A DNA stretch of 25,669 nt from a virus (Duplodnaviria > Caudoviricetes). The notes below the pieces were generated by a model. The model searched no databases. It was not told where the DNA came from and saw nothing but the letters and a program-made list of their open reading frames with translations. Within the stretch, counting starts at the first letter, position 1, and every line of letters starts with the position of its first letter. The position numbers and the translations under genes were made by a program. Shown here one piece after another: positions 1-8,938 of the stretch. Location of the stretch: positions 1 through 25,669 of IMG/VR virus record IMGVR_UViG_3300031519_000196; one strand, written 5' to 3'.

Positions 1-674
1 TGGAAGAACTAAAAGAAGTGGCCGTTGCTGTGAACGCAGAGCTGGCGTATGAGCTTGGCATCCCACAGTCTGCTGCTATCACATGTGTTAAGCCAAGCGG
101 TACGGTGTCTCAGCTTGTTGACAGCGCTAGTGGCATCCACGCTCGACACAACCCACACTATGTACGCACAGTTCGTGGTGACATTAAAGATCCAATGACC
201 CAGTTCATGATCAACTCTGGTATTCCATCAGAGCCCTGCTTCATGAAACCTGAAAGCACAATGGTCTTTTCGTTCCCAATGAAGGCACCAGAGAACGCGG
301 TGTGTCGTAACGATCTAACGGCCATTGAACAGTTGGAACTGTGGAGTGTGTACCAAGACCATTGGTGCGAACACAAACCAAGTGTTACTGTTAGTGTCAA
401 AGAAAACGAATGGCTGAAAGTAGGAGACTGGGTCTATGAGAACTTCGACAAGATTTCAGGCATATCTTTCCTGCCTCACTCTGACCATTCTTATCAGCAG
501 GCTCCGTATCAGGATTGCACTGAAGCTGAGTATGCTGCGCTTAAGGAAGCGATGCCACCGGCTCTTGACTGGACTAAGCTCCAAGATTACGAGCGTGAAG
601 ATAACACGTCAGGTTCGCAAGAACTCGCCTGCACAGCTGGGGTATGTGAAGTTGTGGACATCGCAAGTCGTTAA
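1..674 (+). CDS. nrdJ: Class II adenosylcobalamin-dependent ribonucleotide reductase (RTPR type), C-terminal part; 5' end lies outside the window
   Basis: Contains the ITCVKPSGTVSQLVDSASGIH motif, WCEHKPSVTV, YQQAPY and a C-terminal redox Cys pair (ELACTAGVCEV), typical of phage class II RNRs. The frame is open to the window edge (EELKEVAVAVN from nt 3), so the GTG at 18 is probably not the true start. Confidence 0.9.
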   Translation, partial: EELKEVAVAVNAELAYELGIPQSAAITCVKPSGTVSQLVDSASGIHARHNPHYVRTVRGDIKDPMTQFMINSGIPSEPCFMKPESTMVFSFPMKAPENAVCRNDLTAIEQLELWSVYQDHWCEHKPSVTVSVKENEWLKVGDWVYENFDKISGISFLPHSDHSYQQAPYQDCTEAEYAALKEAMPPALDWTKLQDYEREDNTSGSQELACTAGVCEVVDIASR

Positions 675-703
675 AAAGTACAGATAGAAAAGGGCTTCTG
701 CCT

Positions 704-892
704 ATGAATGACGACGTTCTTGTACCTATGAGATCATATGAACTTGTCGAGATGCTAGACAAAACATATCCTCATAGGTGCAAACGTCTAGGAGAACCAG
801 ACGACGAGCATCAGCGCTACGCTGGTGTTCGCGATCTCCTTGACGATCTCTTAGGACTGATTGAAGAGCAGGAGAAGACAGATGAGTATTAA
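704..892 (+). CDS. Small hypothetical protein (62 aa) in the T7 gp6.5-like position
   Basis: Fills the gap between nrdJ and the GNAT gene, and its stop overlaps the next gene. The ELVEMLDKTYP...AGVRDLLDDL pattern resembles small pre-portal proteins of T7-like phages (recollection, not searched). Confidence 0.65.
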   Translation: MNDDVLVPMRSYELVEMLDKTYPHRCKRLGEPDDEHQRYAGVRDLLDDLLGLIEEQEKTDEY

Positions 893-1337
893 GGTATCCT
901 CTTCTCTTAAGGGAGAGTTCAGCCGTATCAAAGAGCTGTTTCCTACAATACAAGCTGAGACTAGGTACAAAGATTTTAGCATAAACTACGAGAAGCTAGA
1001 GAACTTGTACTACAATCAGTTTGATGAGAACCCTATTATCAAAGTGTTCTATGCGTTTGATGGTGATGAGCTTGTAGGTTTTGGCGCGTTCGTGATCACA
1101 GCCCATTACTTTACAGACGAGCTGATCGCGTCAGACATAATTGTCTATGTTCGACCAGAGCGTCGTGGATCTTCAGCCGCCGTTAAGATCCTAAAGAACT
1201 ACATTCTGTGGGCAGACCAACAAAAGGCGACACAAATAACTCTTGGTATATCAACTGGGATACACCCAGAAAAGACCAAGCGTTTTTACGAACGACTAGG
1301 GTTTAAGACTATCGGAACAATGCACTGTTTAGAATAA
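882..1337 (+). CDS. GNAT-family N-acetyltransferase
   Basis: Shows a GNAT beta core (VFYAFDGDELVGF), the acetyl-CoA motif A (VYVRPERRGSSAAVKIL) and C-terminal RFYERLGF. ATG 882 has GGAGAAG upstream and is preferred over the TTG at 861. Confidence 0.88.
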   Translation: MSIKVSSSLKGEFSRIKELFPTIQAETRYKDFSINYEKLENLYYNQFDENPIIKVFYAFDGDELVGFGAFVITAHYFTDELIASDIIVYVRPERRGSSAAVKILKNYILWADQQKATQITLGISTGIHPEKTKRFYERLGFKTIGTMHCLE

Positions 1338-1352
1338 CAAAGGAAAAAACTA

Positions 1353-1568
1353 ATGGGATTTATGGCACCTAAACCACCAAAGCCTGCGCCTCCAATGCCT
1401 GCGCCTACGCCCCCGCCTACAGAACAAGTCGCAGGTCTTCCTGAAGCACGAGCTGTGGCACGCGCGAAAGCCAAACAACCAAAAGGCTTTAGCCAATATC
1501 GTATTCCTTTGATTGGTGGTGTAGATCCTACATCAGGCTCAGGATTAAACACTAGGACTGGTGTGTAA
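1353..1568 (+). CDS. Small Pro-rich virion/tail assembly protein (T7 gp7.3-like)
   Basis: MGFMAPKPPKPAPP N-terminus, basic middle and ...LRIP/YRIPL...SGLN-type end. It lies directly upstream of the portal and has an AAGGA RBS. Confidence 0.7.
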   Translation: MGFMAPKPPKPAPPMPAPTPPPTEQVAGLPEARAVARAKAKQPKGFSQYRIPLIGGVDPTSGSGLNTRTGV

Positions 1569-1571
1569 ATT

Positions 1572-3113
1572 ATGAAGTACGAGACCTGTCAAGCACGCTA
1601 CGAAGCAATGAAGCGGAAGCGTGATCCGTTTCTACGACGGGCTCGTGAGTGTGCCGAACTAACAATCCCACCACTCTTACCACCTGAAGGACACACAGAG
1701 TTCACTCTGCTTCCTGAGCCATATCAGGGACTAGGGGCACGAACCGTTGTCTCTCTGGCCTCACGGCTTATGGTGGCTATGTACCCTCCTGGTAAGCCTT
1801 CGTTCCGACTTAACATCCCATCGGAAGCTAAGATCAAGTCTGGCGAGATGAACATCGACCCTGCCATTGAGCATGGTTTGGTTATGTCTGAGTCTCTAAT
1901 CCAAAGTGAGATCGAACGTCGCGATTGGCGGTCGTCTACTAACCTTGCCCTTCAGTATCTCATCGTCACAGGCAACGCCCTTGAGTTCATGATGCCAGAC
2001 AATTCGATCCGGCTGTTCCGACTGGATCAATACTGCATCAGCAGGGACATGATGGGTGCTGTTCGTGAGATCATCACTGAAGAACATATGTCTCCTGAAA
2101 GCTTGCCTGATGAGATCAAAGGGCTTGTGACTGCGGAAGATTACAGCGGTGATCGTGTGCCTGTCCTGACCCACACTCAGCTACAGGACGACGGCACCTA
2201 CTACGTTTACCAAGAGGTCAACAAAGAACGTGTGCCTAACAGTGAAGGCGAGTACGAGGTTCTACCCTACAACGCACTTCGTTGGACCTCAGTAATCGGT
2301 GAGGACTATGGGCGCGGTAAGATCGAAGAGCATCTACCGGACTTCCGAGCTATCGACGCTTTGTCCAAAGCTCTGCTCGACGGCAGTGCGATGGCCTCTC
2401 GTAACGTCACGATGGTTCGCCCTAATGCTGCGGGTGGTCTGAACCTACGGCGTCGTATTGCTACGGCGAACAACGGTGAGATCATCGTCGGTAATCCTGA
2501 AGACGTTGTGATGCTTCAGTTCCAGAACACCAATGGTCTTCAGATCAGCGCTCAGGAACTAGATCGCCTGACGCGTGAGATCGGCGGGGCCTTTATGCTT
2601 GGGTCTGCTGCTACTCGTGACAGCGAACGGACTACGGCCTACGAGATCCAAAGGAACCAACAGGAACTAGAGGCCACCCTGGGCGGTGTGTACAGCCAGC
2701 TTAACCGGGCGATGCAACAGCGTCGTTTGGAACGGTTGATCGTACAGATGCAACAGAACGAACAGTTGCCTGTGTGGCCTAAAGGTCTAATTGAACCTAC
2801 GATCCTTACGGGCCTTGAGGCTCTTGGTCGTGAGAGCGATGTGACCCGTGTGCAGACGGCTCTTCAGTTTCTACAAGGCCTGCCGCCTGAAGTCTTGGCG
2901 TATGTCAAATGGGACGAGTTGCTTTACAAGGTGTTCTATGGCCTAAGCCTGCCTGACTCTGTGAAGACACAACAAGAAGTTCAAGAAGAACAGCAGCAAC
3001 AAGCTCAGATGCAGGCTCAGAACCAAGCTATGGCAGCTGGTGGACAAGAGCTTGCAACAGGGGCCGCTCAAGCTATGATGTCTCAGGCGCAGGCCCAACC
3101 CCCCACACAATAA
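1572..3113 (+). CDS. Portal / head-to-tail connector (T7 gp8-like)
   Basis: 513 aa with motifs ARECAELTIP, YQGLGARTVVSLASRL, LIVTGNAL, GEDYGRGKIEE, RDSERTTAYEI, ELEATLGGVYS and TGLEALGR, plus a Q-rich C-terminus. Confidence 0.96.
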   Translation: MKYETCQARYEAMKRKRDPFLRRARECAELTIPPLLPPEGHTEFTLLPEPYQGLGARTVVSLASRLMVAMYPPGKPSFRLNIPSEAKIKSGEMNIDPAIEHGLVMSESLIQSEIERRDWRSSTNLALQYLIVTGNALEFMMPDNSIRLFRLDQYCISRDMMGAVREIITEEHMSPESLPDEIKGLVTAEDYSGDRVPVLTHTQLQDDGTYYVYQEVNKERVPNSEGEYEVLPYNALRWTSVIGEDYGRGKIEEHLPDFRAIDALSKALLDGSAMASRNVTMVRPNAAGGLNLRRRIATANNGEIIVGNPEDVVMLQFQNTNGLQISAQELDRLTREIGGAFMLGSAATRDSERTTAYEIQRNQQELEATLGGVYSQLNRAMQQRRLERLIVQMQQNEQLPVWPKGLIEPTILTGLEALGRESDVTRVQTALQFLQGLPPEVLAYVKWDELLYKVFYGLSLPDSVKTQQEVQEEQQQQAQMQAQNQAMAAGGQELATGAAQAMMSQAQAQPPTQ

Positions 3114-3125
3114 GGCATTTCCAAA

Positions 3126-3947
3126 ATGGCTGAAGAAGCACCAGAACCAGGATCAGATGAGTACAATCAGCTTATGGCTGAGAAGTTCAAAAACCCTGGT
3201 GATGAGCCTGACGAAGATCTATTACCTCTCCAAGAAATGCCTGCTGATGGCATGGAGAAATACTATGATAACGATACAGGAACTTATAATTGGGAAGCAC
3301 ACGCGCGAGAGCTGCTCTTTAACGCGAACGGGCGACCAAAGACCCAAGAAGAGAAAACCGAAGATGCTGAAAAGGCCTCAGAAGAACCAAGCCCAGAAGC
3401 CGAAGAACAAGAAGTATCAAACATTCTTGTCAAGGCGGGCCTAGATACAGAGGAAATTGGGCAGAAGATTATCGACGATGGTGATCTATCTGCTGAAGAC
3501 TATGAGGCCCTAAAGAAAGTTGGCATCCCAGAGGAGCTAATTAAGTCCTATGTTCAATCGTATCGTTATCAGTTCGAAGCAGAACGTAAATCTGCTTTGG
3601 AGTACCTTGGTGGCGAAGAGCAGTGGGCTGAGACTATGCAGTGGGCTCAACAAAACCTATCTGAAACAGAGGTTTCCGACTTCAACAACCTTCTATCTAC
3701 GTCTTCGTGGCGTTTGGCAGCGGATGGTCTAAAGGCCAGGATGTCAGAAGCCACAGGCACACGACCAGCCACGCGAGAGCCTAACCTAGTACAAGGCACT
3801 CCTGCTGCAATCTCTGGATCTTCAGGATATCGAAGCAAGGCTGAGATGAAAGCAGACATGGCTTCTAAAGAATACGCTGCGTCACCCAGGTTCCGACAAG
3901 AGGTTGTACAAAAAATTCAATCAGCCACTTGGGACTTGGACAACTAA
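3126..3947 (+). CDS. Capsid assembly scaffolding protein (T7 gp9-like)
   Basis: Acidic 273-aa protein between portal and capsid, with GGEEQWAETMQWAQQNLS and a C-terminal GYRSKAEMKADM...Y...FRQEV motif. Confidence 0.92.
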   Translation: MAEEAPEPGSDEYNQLMAEKFKNPGDEPDEDLLPLQEMPADGMEKYYDNDTGTYNWEAHARELLFNANGRPKTQEEKTEDAEKASEEPSPEAEEQEVSNILVKAGLDTEEIGQKIIDDGDLSAEDYEALKKVGIPEELIKSYVQSYRYQFEAERKSALEYLGGEEQWAETMQWAQQNLSETEVSDFNNLLSTSSWRLAADGLKARMSEATGTRPATREPNLVQGTPAAISGSSGYRSKAEMKADMASKEYAASPRFRQEVVQKIQSATWDLDN

Positions 3948-3960
3948 ACTATCATTCTTC

Positions 3961-4020
3961 TGCCCTAACGACTAGCTGAGACCCCGATACGTCGGACAAT
4001 CCCACGAAGTTAACAGAGCA
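3961..4020 (+). promoter_or_regulatory. Putative structured RNA/DNA element in the capsid leader
   Basis: Central hairpin CCGA-TACG-TCGG (3984-3995) is nested in imperfect outer arms: TGAGA/TCCCA, TAAC/GTTA and TGC/GCA. It lies in the longest intergenic gap, upstream of the capsid RBS AGGAG. Confidence 0.45.
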
Positions 4021-4062
4021 ACCCAACCCACTTTTACCTTCAATCTCATTAGGAGAAAATAA

Positions 4063-5052
4063 ATGGCATTAGGTGATGCTTCCTCTCCAGTTCGCTTTGG
4101 TAAGGGTGCTTCGTCTCCAGTTGACAATCGGGAATTGTTCCTCAGTGTCTTTGGTGGCGAAGTGCTCACGGCCTTCGACAGCGCAACTGTTACTCTCGAC
4201 AAGCACTTCATTAAGAATCTTTCTGGTGGTGCTAAATCCTATCGTTTCCCGAAGACTTGGAAGGCGTCGGCTGAATACCATGCGCCTGGTACTGAGCTGC
4301 TGGGCAACGATCTTTCGACTGGCGAACAGGTCATCACGGTTGACGACATCCTTGTATCGCACTACGCGATCTCTGATATCGACCGTATCCTGTCTCACTT
4401 TGACATGCGTTCCATCGTCTCTAACGAGATGGGCCGAGCGCTTGCTAAGGTGTTCGATCAGAACGTGTTCCGTCAGCTGATCTTGGCGTCCCGTACCGCA
4501 GCAGCGTCTCCGTTCCCCGGTGGCATTACTGTTACGGATGCTAACTTGGCTAACGACGCAACGCCTTCTGGTCTTGCGTGGATCGAAGCTATCCGTGATG
4601 CGAACATTGCGCTGTTTAACAACGATGTTCCAGAGGATATGCAGCGGTATTGTGCTGTTCCTGTCGAGATCTTCGATGCGATCAAGTACGCTGTTGACGG
4701 TAATGGTCAGTACCTTGTGCTGAACCGTGACTTCCAAGCAGACACCGCAGGCGGTATTGATTCCCGTGCCGAGATGATCAAGATCGACGGTGTGATGGTG
4801 GTTAAAAGCCGCAACATGCCGACGACTGACGAAACATCTACGGCTTCGGTGTTCAGTAAATACCGTGCTAACTACTCGACGACGGTCGGTGTCATGTGGT
4901 GCCCACAGGCTATTGCTACTTGCAAGCTTATGGACATCAGCCTTGAGACCGAACGTGACGTTCGTCGTCTTGAAGACTTCTTGGTCTCCAAGCTCTTCGT
5001 TGGTCACGGTGTTCTGCGTCCAGAAATGGCCGTAGAGTTCAAATCAGCTTAA
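4063..5052 (+). CDS. Major capsid protein (T7 gp10A-like)
   Basis: ELFLSVFGGEVLTAF, KSYRFP, ITVDDIL, EMGRALAKVFDQ and GHGVLRPE motifs match T7-type capsids. Strong AGGAG RBS and highly biased codon usage. Confidence 0.97.
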   Translation: MALGDASSPVRFGKGASSPVDNRELFLSVFGGEVLTAFDSATVTLDKHFIKNLSGGAKSYRFPKTWKASAEYHAPGTELLGNDLSTGEQVITVDDILVSHYAISDIDRILSHFDMRSIVSNEMGRALAKVFDQNVFRQLILASRTAAASPFPGGITVTDANLANDATPSGLAWIEAIRDANIALFNNDVPEDMQRYCAVPVEIFDAIKYAVDGNGQYLVLNRDFQADTAGGIDSRAEMIKIDGVMVVKSRNMPTTDETSTASVFSKYRANYSTTVGVMWCPQAIATCKLMDISLETERDVRRLEDFLVSKLFVGHGVLRPEMAVEFKSA

Positions 5053-5058
5053 TCTGAT

Positions 5059-5100
5059 TGAGGGGCTGCTTGTAGAAATACAGGTGGCCCCTCAGTTTTT
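5059..5100 (+). terminator. Intrinsic terminator after the capsid gene (Tphi-like)
   Basis: 16-bp stem TGAGGGGCTGCTTGTA / TACAGGTGGCCCCTCA with three G-U pairs, a GAAA tetraloop (5075-5078), then GTTTTT. Confidence 0.9.
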
Positions 5101-5111
5101 CAGGAGGTACT

Positions 5112-5711
5112 ATGGGTCTAAGTAAGATTGAAGCAGTCAACATCATTCTAGAGTCTATCGGTGAAGCACCCGTTTCGTCTCTTACCTCCGGCCTTCCTGA
5201 CGCTGAAGCAGCTGAAAGTAAACTGAACGAAATCAACAAGTCCGTCCAAGCGCGTGGGTGGCACCAGAATATCGATTACAATCTTAAGCTAATGCCTAAC
5301 AACAACAGTCTTATTTATGTTCCATCGAATTATCTACGAGTTGATACAACACGAGACAGTCAGTACATCAATGTTACGGTGCGTAACTACAACAGTCGCC
5401 TAGCTCTTTATGACATTAAGAAACAGACGTATATCTTTACTCAAGCCCTGTTTGTAGACGTTGTGTATCTTATCCCGTTTGAAGATCTTAGCTTAGAACT
5501 AAGCACATACATTGCCTACCTAGCAGCTCGTAAGTTCCAAGAGTCCCAAATGCAATCTGTGGCTCTAGATAACTTTACGCGCCGTGCTGAGATGGAAGCC
5601 TATGCAGCTTTGTTAGATGCCGAGTCTGAAACAGACGACGCCAACATCTTGACTGATAGTCCTTACGTTGCTTACGCAACCTATCGACATCACGGACTGT
5701 ACGGGCGATAG
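5112..5711 (+). CDS. Tail tubular protein A (T7 gp11-like)
   Basis: SKIEAVNIILESIGEAPVSSL, VQARGWHQN and YIAYLAARKFQ motifs. Directly follows the capsid terminator, with an AGGAGG RBS. Confidence 0.94.
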   Translation: MGLSKIEAVNIILESIGEAPVSSLTSGLPDAEAAESKLNEINKSVQARGWHQNIDYNLKLMPNNNSLIYVPSNYLRVDTTRDSQYINVTVRNYNSRLALYDIKKQTYIFTQALFVDVVYLIPFEDLSLELSTYIAYLAARKFQESQMQSVALDNFTRRAEMEAYAALLDAESETDDANILTDSPYVAYATYRHHGLYGR

Positions 5712-5712
5712 A

Positions 5713-8367
5713 ATGGGAACACTTATAGAGCAGTCACTTAAAACTCTATACCAAGGCGTCAGCAGACAACCTGATTCTTTACGGCTTACTGGACAAGTAC
5801 AGGAAGCTACCAACGTACTAACGTCAGTGATTAGCGGTGGTCTAGAAAGCAGGCCGTCGTCACGTCATATCTCTAATAACACATTCGCTTACGCAGCCGA
5901 TAAACCCTGGTGCTATTCATACGTCAGGGACGCTGTAGAGCAGTATATCATTGTCGTTAAAACGGGTGACCTGAAGGTCTATAACCTAGCAGGCGTAGAA
6001 CAAACAGTAACATTCCCTAATGGTAAATCTTATTTAACAAACACCAACCCAGCAGAAGGCTTCACTGCAACAACCATTGGCGACATAACGGTCATTGGTA
6101 ATAAAGCAATCACAGTTGCTATGGCTGAGACAGACTTTGTAAGCTCTACCAATCCTTCTGCTTTGATAACGTGTAGGACCACCACAACAGGAACTAACGC
6201 ACTTATTGTTGACAACCTTAATGACACAGCAACAGACGGCATAGAGGTCTGGAGTAAGAACGGCGCTATTGACGGATCTTCTGTTGGCGACGACATTGTA
6301 ACCCATGCTTCATTCACAGGTTTCACAAGTGGTTTTCGAAACTTCACGGTAGAGCAGAAACCTAACGACCACGACCTTACTGTGGTCTTAACGAACACAG
6401 ATGGTCAAGAGTTCACAGCTGTTCCTAATGGAACTGACGCCACATATGGCATTAGTGTCTCAAGGCAACTTGTAGATATTCCTGCTGATTCTCACGCTCA
6501 CGTTATAACCTCTGCGACACAAGCTAATCCTGTTGTCATAACGACAGCCGACGCGCACCACTTCGAAAACTATCAAGAAGTAAGCATTGATGATGTCGTG
6601 GGCATGACGCAGCTCAACGGTAATCGATACTTTGTAAGCAAACTGACGACAACCACGTTTGCTCTTTATTCAGATTACGACCTGTCTACGTCTGTGAACG
6701 GCACAGGATACACTGCGTACACAAGCGGCGGTAATACCATCACCACAAAGGTATACGCTGACACGCGTACCTCCAGAGGCCTCCTTCCTAACTGGGCTCC
6801 TGAAGGTTACTATGTGTATCTATCAGCTACTGATACGACTGATGGCTATTGGGTTAAGTTCAGTCAGACACAAGACGCTTGGATCGAAGCGGCCAATCCG
6901 TATCAGAACAACGCCTTTGACCTGACGACGATGCCTCACTTCTTGACACGAACGGCTGACGGGTCATTTACGTTTGGTCATGGGACTTACGATGCTCGTG
7001 ATGCCGGAGACACACAGACAGTTCCTAACCCAGACTTTGTGGGCAAACAGATCAAACAGATCACAACGCACCGTAACCGTCTTGTGATCGTGTCTGGCGA
7101 AACTGTGTTCTTCTCACGCTCACGGGCCTTCTTTAACTTCTGGCGACAGTACAGTACCCAAGTTCTGGACAGCGATCCCTTTGGTCTTCAGGCCTCTAGT
7201 GACGATGTGAACGAACTGGTCCATGCGTTCCCCTTTAGGCGCTCTTTGTTCTTAAGCTCCGACAGGTCTCAGTTCGAGGTGTCGTCTGAGCAGCAGGTGT
7301 TTACGTCACAGAACGCAGTGATCGATACAGCTACGGCGTACATCACAGAACCCAAGTGTGATCCTGTGGCCCTTGGTAACCGTATGTACTTTGCGGCCAA
7401 GAGCGGTCGAGACGCCCTGGTGTTTGAGTATCAGTACAACGACACGTCCCTATCGACCACAGCTGAAGACATCACGATCCACGCCCTTGGGTACATACCG
7501 GCACCTATCGTCCATATAGCGGCTGACAGTGCCAATGAGATGATGTTCTGCATATCTGACGCAGATCGCAACTCCTTGTACATCTACAAGACCTATACGG
7601 AACAAGACCAAAAGGCCCAAAGCGCATGGTCCAAGTGGGACTTTGGCACAGGGACGTACATCCACTGGGTCGGTGTTCTTCTAGGCGACTTGTACATGTA
7701 CATCACTAGGGGCACTGAGACGTTCATTGAGAAAATAGAACTAAGGTACGAACTGTCAGACGACAAACATCCGTACCAAGTGTGCTTAGACCAGACCATC
7801 AACGTCCAAGGGACTTATAGTGCAGCAACAGGCCTGACGACCTGGACATCACCCTACCTGCACAACAGTAGGGCTGCTATTGTATTATCAAGCGACTTCC
7901 CAGCTGGTCAGGTAGGCGAGAGGCTTACTATGACGTACCCAACGACAACCACCATGACAGCTGTTGGAGACCACTCGGCATACGTTTGTATCTTAGGGAC
8001 GCCATTCACCCAAGAAGTCCAACTGTCCAAGCTGTTTGTTCGAGCAGACGCTGCTGGTAAGATGACCGTTCAGACAGGACGGTTCCAGCTTAAGCGTCTT
8101 CAGTTTAACTATCAGGACACAGGGTTCTTTAATATCGAAGTGACACCTGAGTCCCGTCCACAACAGACGTTTACCTTTAATGGCACGTTCATTGGAACTA
8201 CGTTGGTAGGCGGCTTGGGCATGGAGGCCCTTGGGTCTTTCAAGGTTCCTGTCAGGACTAACGCCAACACGGTGACAATTAAAATCAAAAACGATTCAGA
8301 GAAACCCATGATCATTACGTCTATTGATTACACCGGGTTCTTCAATGAACTGACGAGGCAGGAGTAG
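5713..8367 (+). CDS. Tail tubular protein B (T7 gp12-like), 884 aa, with an internal inserted domain
   Basis: GVSRQPDSLR, TMPHFLTR, HRNRLVIVSGE, QSAWSKWDF and GRFQLKR motifs. ATG 5713, just after the gp11 stop, is preferred over the TTG at 5668. Confidence 0.93.
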   Translation: MGTLIEQSLKTLYQGVSRQPDSLRLTGQVQEATNVLTSVISGGLESRPSSRHISNNTFAYAADKPWCYSYVRDAVEQYIIVVKTGDLKVYNLAGVEQTVTFPNGKSYLTNTNPAEGFTATTIGDITVIGNKAITVAMAETDFVSSTNPSALITCRTTTTGTNALIVDNLNDTATDGIEVWSKNGAIDGSSVGDDIVTHASFTGFTSGFRNFTVEQKPNDHDLTVVLTNTDGQEFTAVPNGTDATYGISVSRQLVDIPADSHAHVITSATQANPVVITTADAHHFENYQEVSIDDVVGMTQLNGNRYFVSKLTTTTFALYSDYDLSTSVNGTGYTAYTSGGNTITTKVYADTRTSRGLLPNWAPEGYYVYLSATDTTDGYWVKFSQTQDAWIEAANPYQNNAFDLTTMPHFLTRTADGSFTFGHGTYDARDAGDTQTVPNPDFVGKQIKQITTHRNRLVIVSGETVFFSRSRAFFNFWRQYSTQVLDSDPFGLQASSDDVNELVHAFPFRRSLFLSSDRSQFEVSSEQQVFTSQNAVIDTATAYITEPKCDPVALGNRMYFAAKSGRDALVFEYQYNDTSLSTTAEDITIHALGYIPAPIVHIAADSANEMMFCISDADRNSLYIYKTYTEQDQKAQSAWSKWDFGTGTYIHWVGVLLGDLYMYITRGTETFIEKIELRYELSDDKHPYQVCLDQTINVQGTYSAATGLTTWTSPYLHNSRAAIVLSSDFPAGQVGERLTMTYPTTTTMTAVGDHSAYVCILGTPFTQEVQLSKLFVRADAAGKMTVQTGRFQLKRLQFNYQDTGFFNIEVTPESRPQQTFTFNGTFIGTTLVGGLGMEALGSFKVPVRTNANTVTIKIKNDSEKPMIITSIDYTGFFNELTRQE

Positions 8368-8372
8368 AAGCT

Positions 8373-8927
8373 ATGTGTGATCCAATATCAGCTACAGCTT
8401 TGGCTGCAATTTCTATAGGAGCTTCCGCCGCATCAACAGCTATGACAACAGTGTCAGCAGGACAACAAGCCAAGGCAGAGTTTAAAGCAGCAGAGGCACA
8501 GCGTAAGGCTGAAGAACAAGAAGCCCTTCGCTTGTTGGCACAGGAGCAACAAGAATCCTTAGACCAACAGTCGGATGTTGTACGCACTGCCCAAAAAGAA
8601 CTAGGTGATCTACAAGCTTCAGAAACTATGCTTACCGAATCTTCTTTAGGCAGCATTCTGTTTACTGGCGAATACGGAACACAGGTAGGCCTTGGTCGTA
8701 TTTCAGAAAAAGAAACAAGAGACGTTGACCTAAGAAAATCGCAACAGCTTGGAGCCATCAACGAGCAGGCCAACAGAGGCAATGTAGCTGCCGCTAAAGC
8801 AAGCGGACAAATTTCTGCTGCTGTTTTAAGCACTATATCAACAGCAGTCAGCGCTGGCACCAGTCTTTCTGGCGCGTCTACTGTGCCTAATCGTGGAACG
8901 GGTGTTGGATCAGCCGGTGGAAATTAA
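8373..8927 (+). CDS. Internal virion protein (gp14-like ejection protein)
   Basis: MCDPISA N-terminus followed by a hydrophobic Ala/Ser stretch and a coiled coil. Lies directly after tail tubular B, with a GGAG RBS. Confidence 0.78.
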   Translation: MCDPISATALAAISIGASAASTAMTTVSAGQQAKAEFKAAEAQRKAEEQEALRLLAQEQQESLDQQSDVVRTAQKELGDLQASETMLTESSLGSILFTGEYGTQVGLGRISEKETRDVDLRKSQQLGAINEQANRGNVAAAKASGQISAAVLSTISTAVSAGTSLSGASTVPNRGTGVGSAGGN

Positions 8928-8938
8928 GGATAAAGAAT

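Noticed and set aside
4069-5007. 312-aa antisense ORF covering almost the whole capsid gene
   Set aside because: It is in exact codon register with the capsid, so it only reflects avoidance of TTA/CTA/TCA codons in a highly expressed gene. It has no recognisable motifs, and there are no other credible minus-strand genes.
5020-5111. T7 10B-like frameshift extension of the capsid
   Set aside because: No clear slippery site is present, and the terminator and gp11 follow immediately, leaving no room for a substantial extension.
5668-5712. Longer TTG-initiated starts given by the ORF track (5668; likewise 861, 13928 and the ATG at 23813)
   Set aside because: They overlap upstream genes. Downstream ATGs at 5713, 882, 13964 and 23828 fit RBS position or translational coupling better.
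8342-8860. 172-aa minus-strand ORF and the many other short antisense or alternate-frame ORFs in the track
   Set aside because: They are shadows of well-supported + strand genes, with low-complexity or uninformative translations and no RBS or motif support.
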